A stretch of 64,000 bases of DNA, from the NCBI RefSeq assembly GCF_036321535.1, contig NC_087436.1, positions 79,300,001 to 79,364,000 of the forward strand, in the 5' to 3' direction. Source of the stretch: Camelus dromedarius (taxonomy: Eukaryota). The number at the start of each line of letters is the position of its first letter. Within the stretch, counting starts at the first letter, position 1. The position numbers and the translations under genes were made by a program. Positions 62,613 through 64,000 of this stretch are shown piece after piece. The notes under the pieces are model-generated. The model was given only the letters and a program-made list of their open reading frames with translations, ran no database searches and was not told the origin of the DNA.

Positions 62613-64000
62613 AGCTTTGGGGGCTGGTGAAATCATTTGCCCTTTGCATCTGAGACAGGTAAGGTATATTTTTCTCATCATCCTGGAGGACAATGGATCC
62701 TTACATCTTTCAGAGTTCTGACCAGTATGGAGGTTTGAAAGAGCTGTTCTATTGAATGGAAGAGGGAGTTGGTCAGAGAAATGTAGTCTGATTTCTGGGC
62801 AGGGCTGAGCCCGTTTGAAGTTGGTAATCATGAATTTATGGTGGAAACCAGCAGCTCCATCGTGTGAATCTCCTCAGTAGGGACCAGAGGGATTTGAATT
62901 CCTTTGTGAGGGGAGTGAAAACAAGTAGAGAGGAGAGGTGTACATCAGAGGAGAGATGGAGAAAGTGGAAGATATTAGCTTTGGACAAGAGAGAAAACAC
63001 TTCACCTTCTCAGAGGAGGGGGGAAGGAAAGGGAGTGTGTGAGTGTGTGTGTGGGGGGCAGGGGCGTGTGCAGGAATCCCTGCCTGCCGTGTCACAGTGC
63101 CCGCCCTCTGATTGGGGAGAGGAAATGGGAGGACACCCCTCCCACCCCTCTGCAACCAGGGTGGGGCCATGTTGTTCCAGGCTACCTCAACCTGATGCTC
63201 ATCTGGGGCTTTGAATCTGGAACCAGCCGTTGTTCATGGCAACTGCAGTGATGCTCTGTTGAGATGGCAGCAGTGTCGGGTGTCACGTGTCCCTCCCAAC
63301 TGTCATGGCTCGAAGATGGCTTCATGCACTTTCTTTTTTATTCCCTGGAACTGCCTTGGTTCTAGCTAATTTTCCAAGTCTAGTCCTCAGGCCTCAAGCC
63401 AATACTGTTTACCCCCACTGTCCTTCTGTCGTAATAGTCAGTGTCAGTTTCTGTCACCTGCAACCGAGAACACTATTGCTTGGGAGTGGGCTTTGGAACG
63501 AAGCACAAGTTTTCATCTCAGCCCTGGTACTAGCTTTGCAGCCTTAAGTAAAATACTTAAGCATTCTAAGCTCCAGTTTCTCTCATTTTGTGAAATAAGA
63601 ATATATACTTACAGAGTTGTTGGAATCAAATGAAACAGTAAGTATAAATTATCCTCAAAAATACCTGCATTTTGGTAACATCTTGATGAGGAACAGTTAT
63701 TCTTTTACAGTGTGCTTTTATGTGAATAATCTCATGTGACCTTCACACAAGACAGGGTAGAAATCTCCATTGTACAGATTAGGAAACTGAGGTTCAGAGA
63801 TGTAAGGTGACAACCTCGAGCTCACACAAGGAGTGAGTAAATCTGGGGTTTGAGCCCAGGTTTTCTGATGTGTCGTCGTTATCTAAGAGCCCCAGCTGCA
63901 GGCTTGTAGACAGAGAGGAGAGTTTCACTGGGTGTTCACGGAAACCTTTGGGGAAAGGTAATTTGGGGGCAGGAATTTGGAAACTACAACCAGTAAGTTG

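Overview
Mammalian genomic DNA, not prokaryotic. The tRNA-derived SINE and L1 3' ends resemble camelid repeats, so the source is probably camel, alpaca or llama. Two genes lie in tandem on the minus strand. HPSE (heparanase) is complete: 12 coding exons, 47254 to 20341, all GT-AG introns, 1638 nt = 545 aa + stop, with catalytic E227 and E345 intact. Only the 5' part of COQ2 (4-hydroxybenzoate polyprenyltransferase) is present: coding exons 1-2, with the gene running off the left edge. Each gene has a CpG-island promoter. The rest is intron or intergenic DNA rich in L1, ERV/MaLR LTRs, hAT DNA-transposon relics, SINEs and microsatellites, and almost all supplied ORFs outside the exons are spurious. 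I found no new multi-gene system. The best leads are a full-length U6-L1 chimeric retrogene with a perfect 16-bp TSD in HPSE intron 3, a read-through ending S-K-K-stop that matches the human T5 heparanase isoform, out-of-frame overlapping uORFs over both start codons, a candidate in-frame 21-nt microexon in HPSE intron 10, and several unusual retrotransposition products. Repeat family names and comparisons with human sequence are from memory and need database confirmation.
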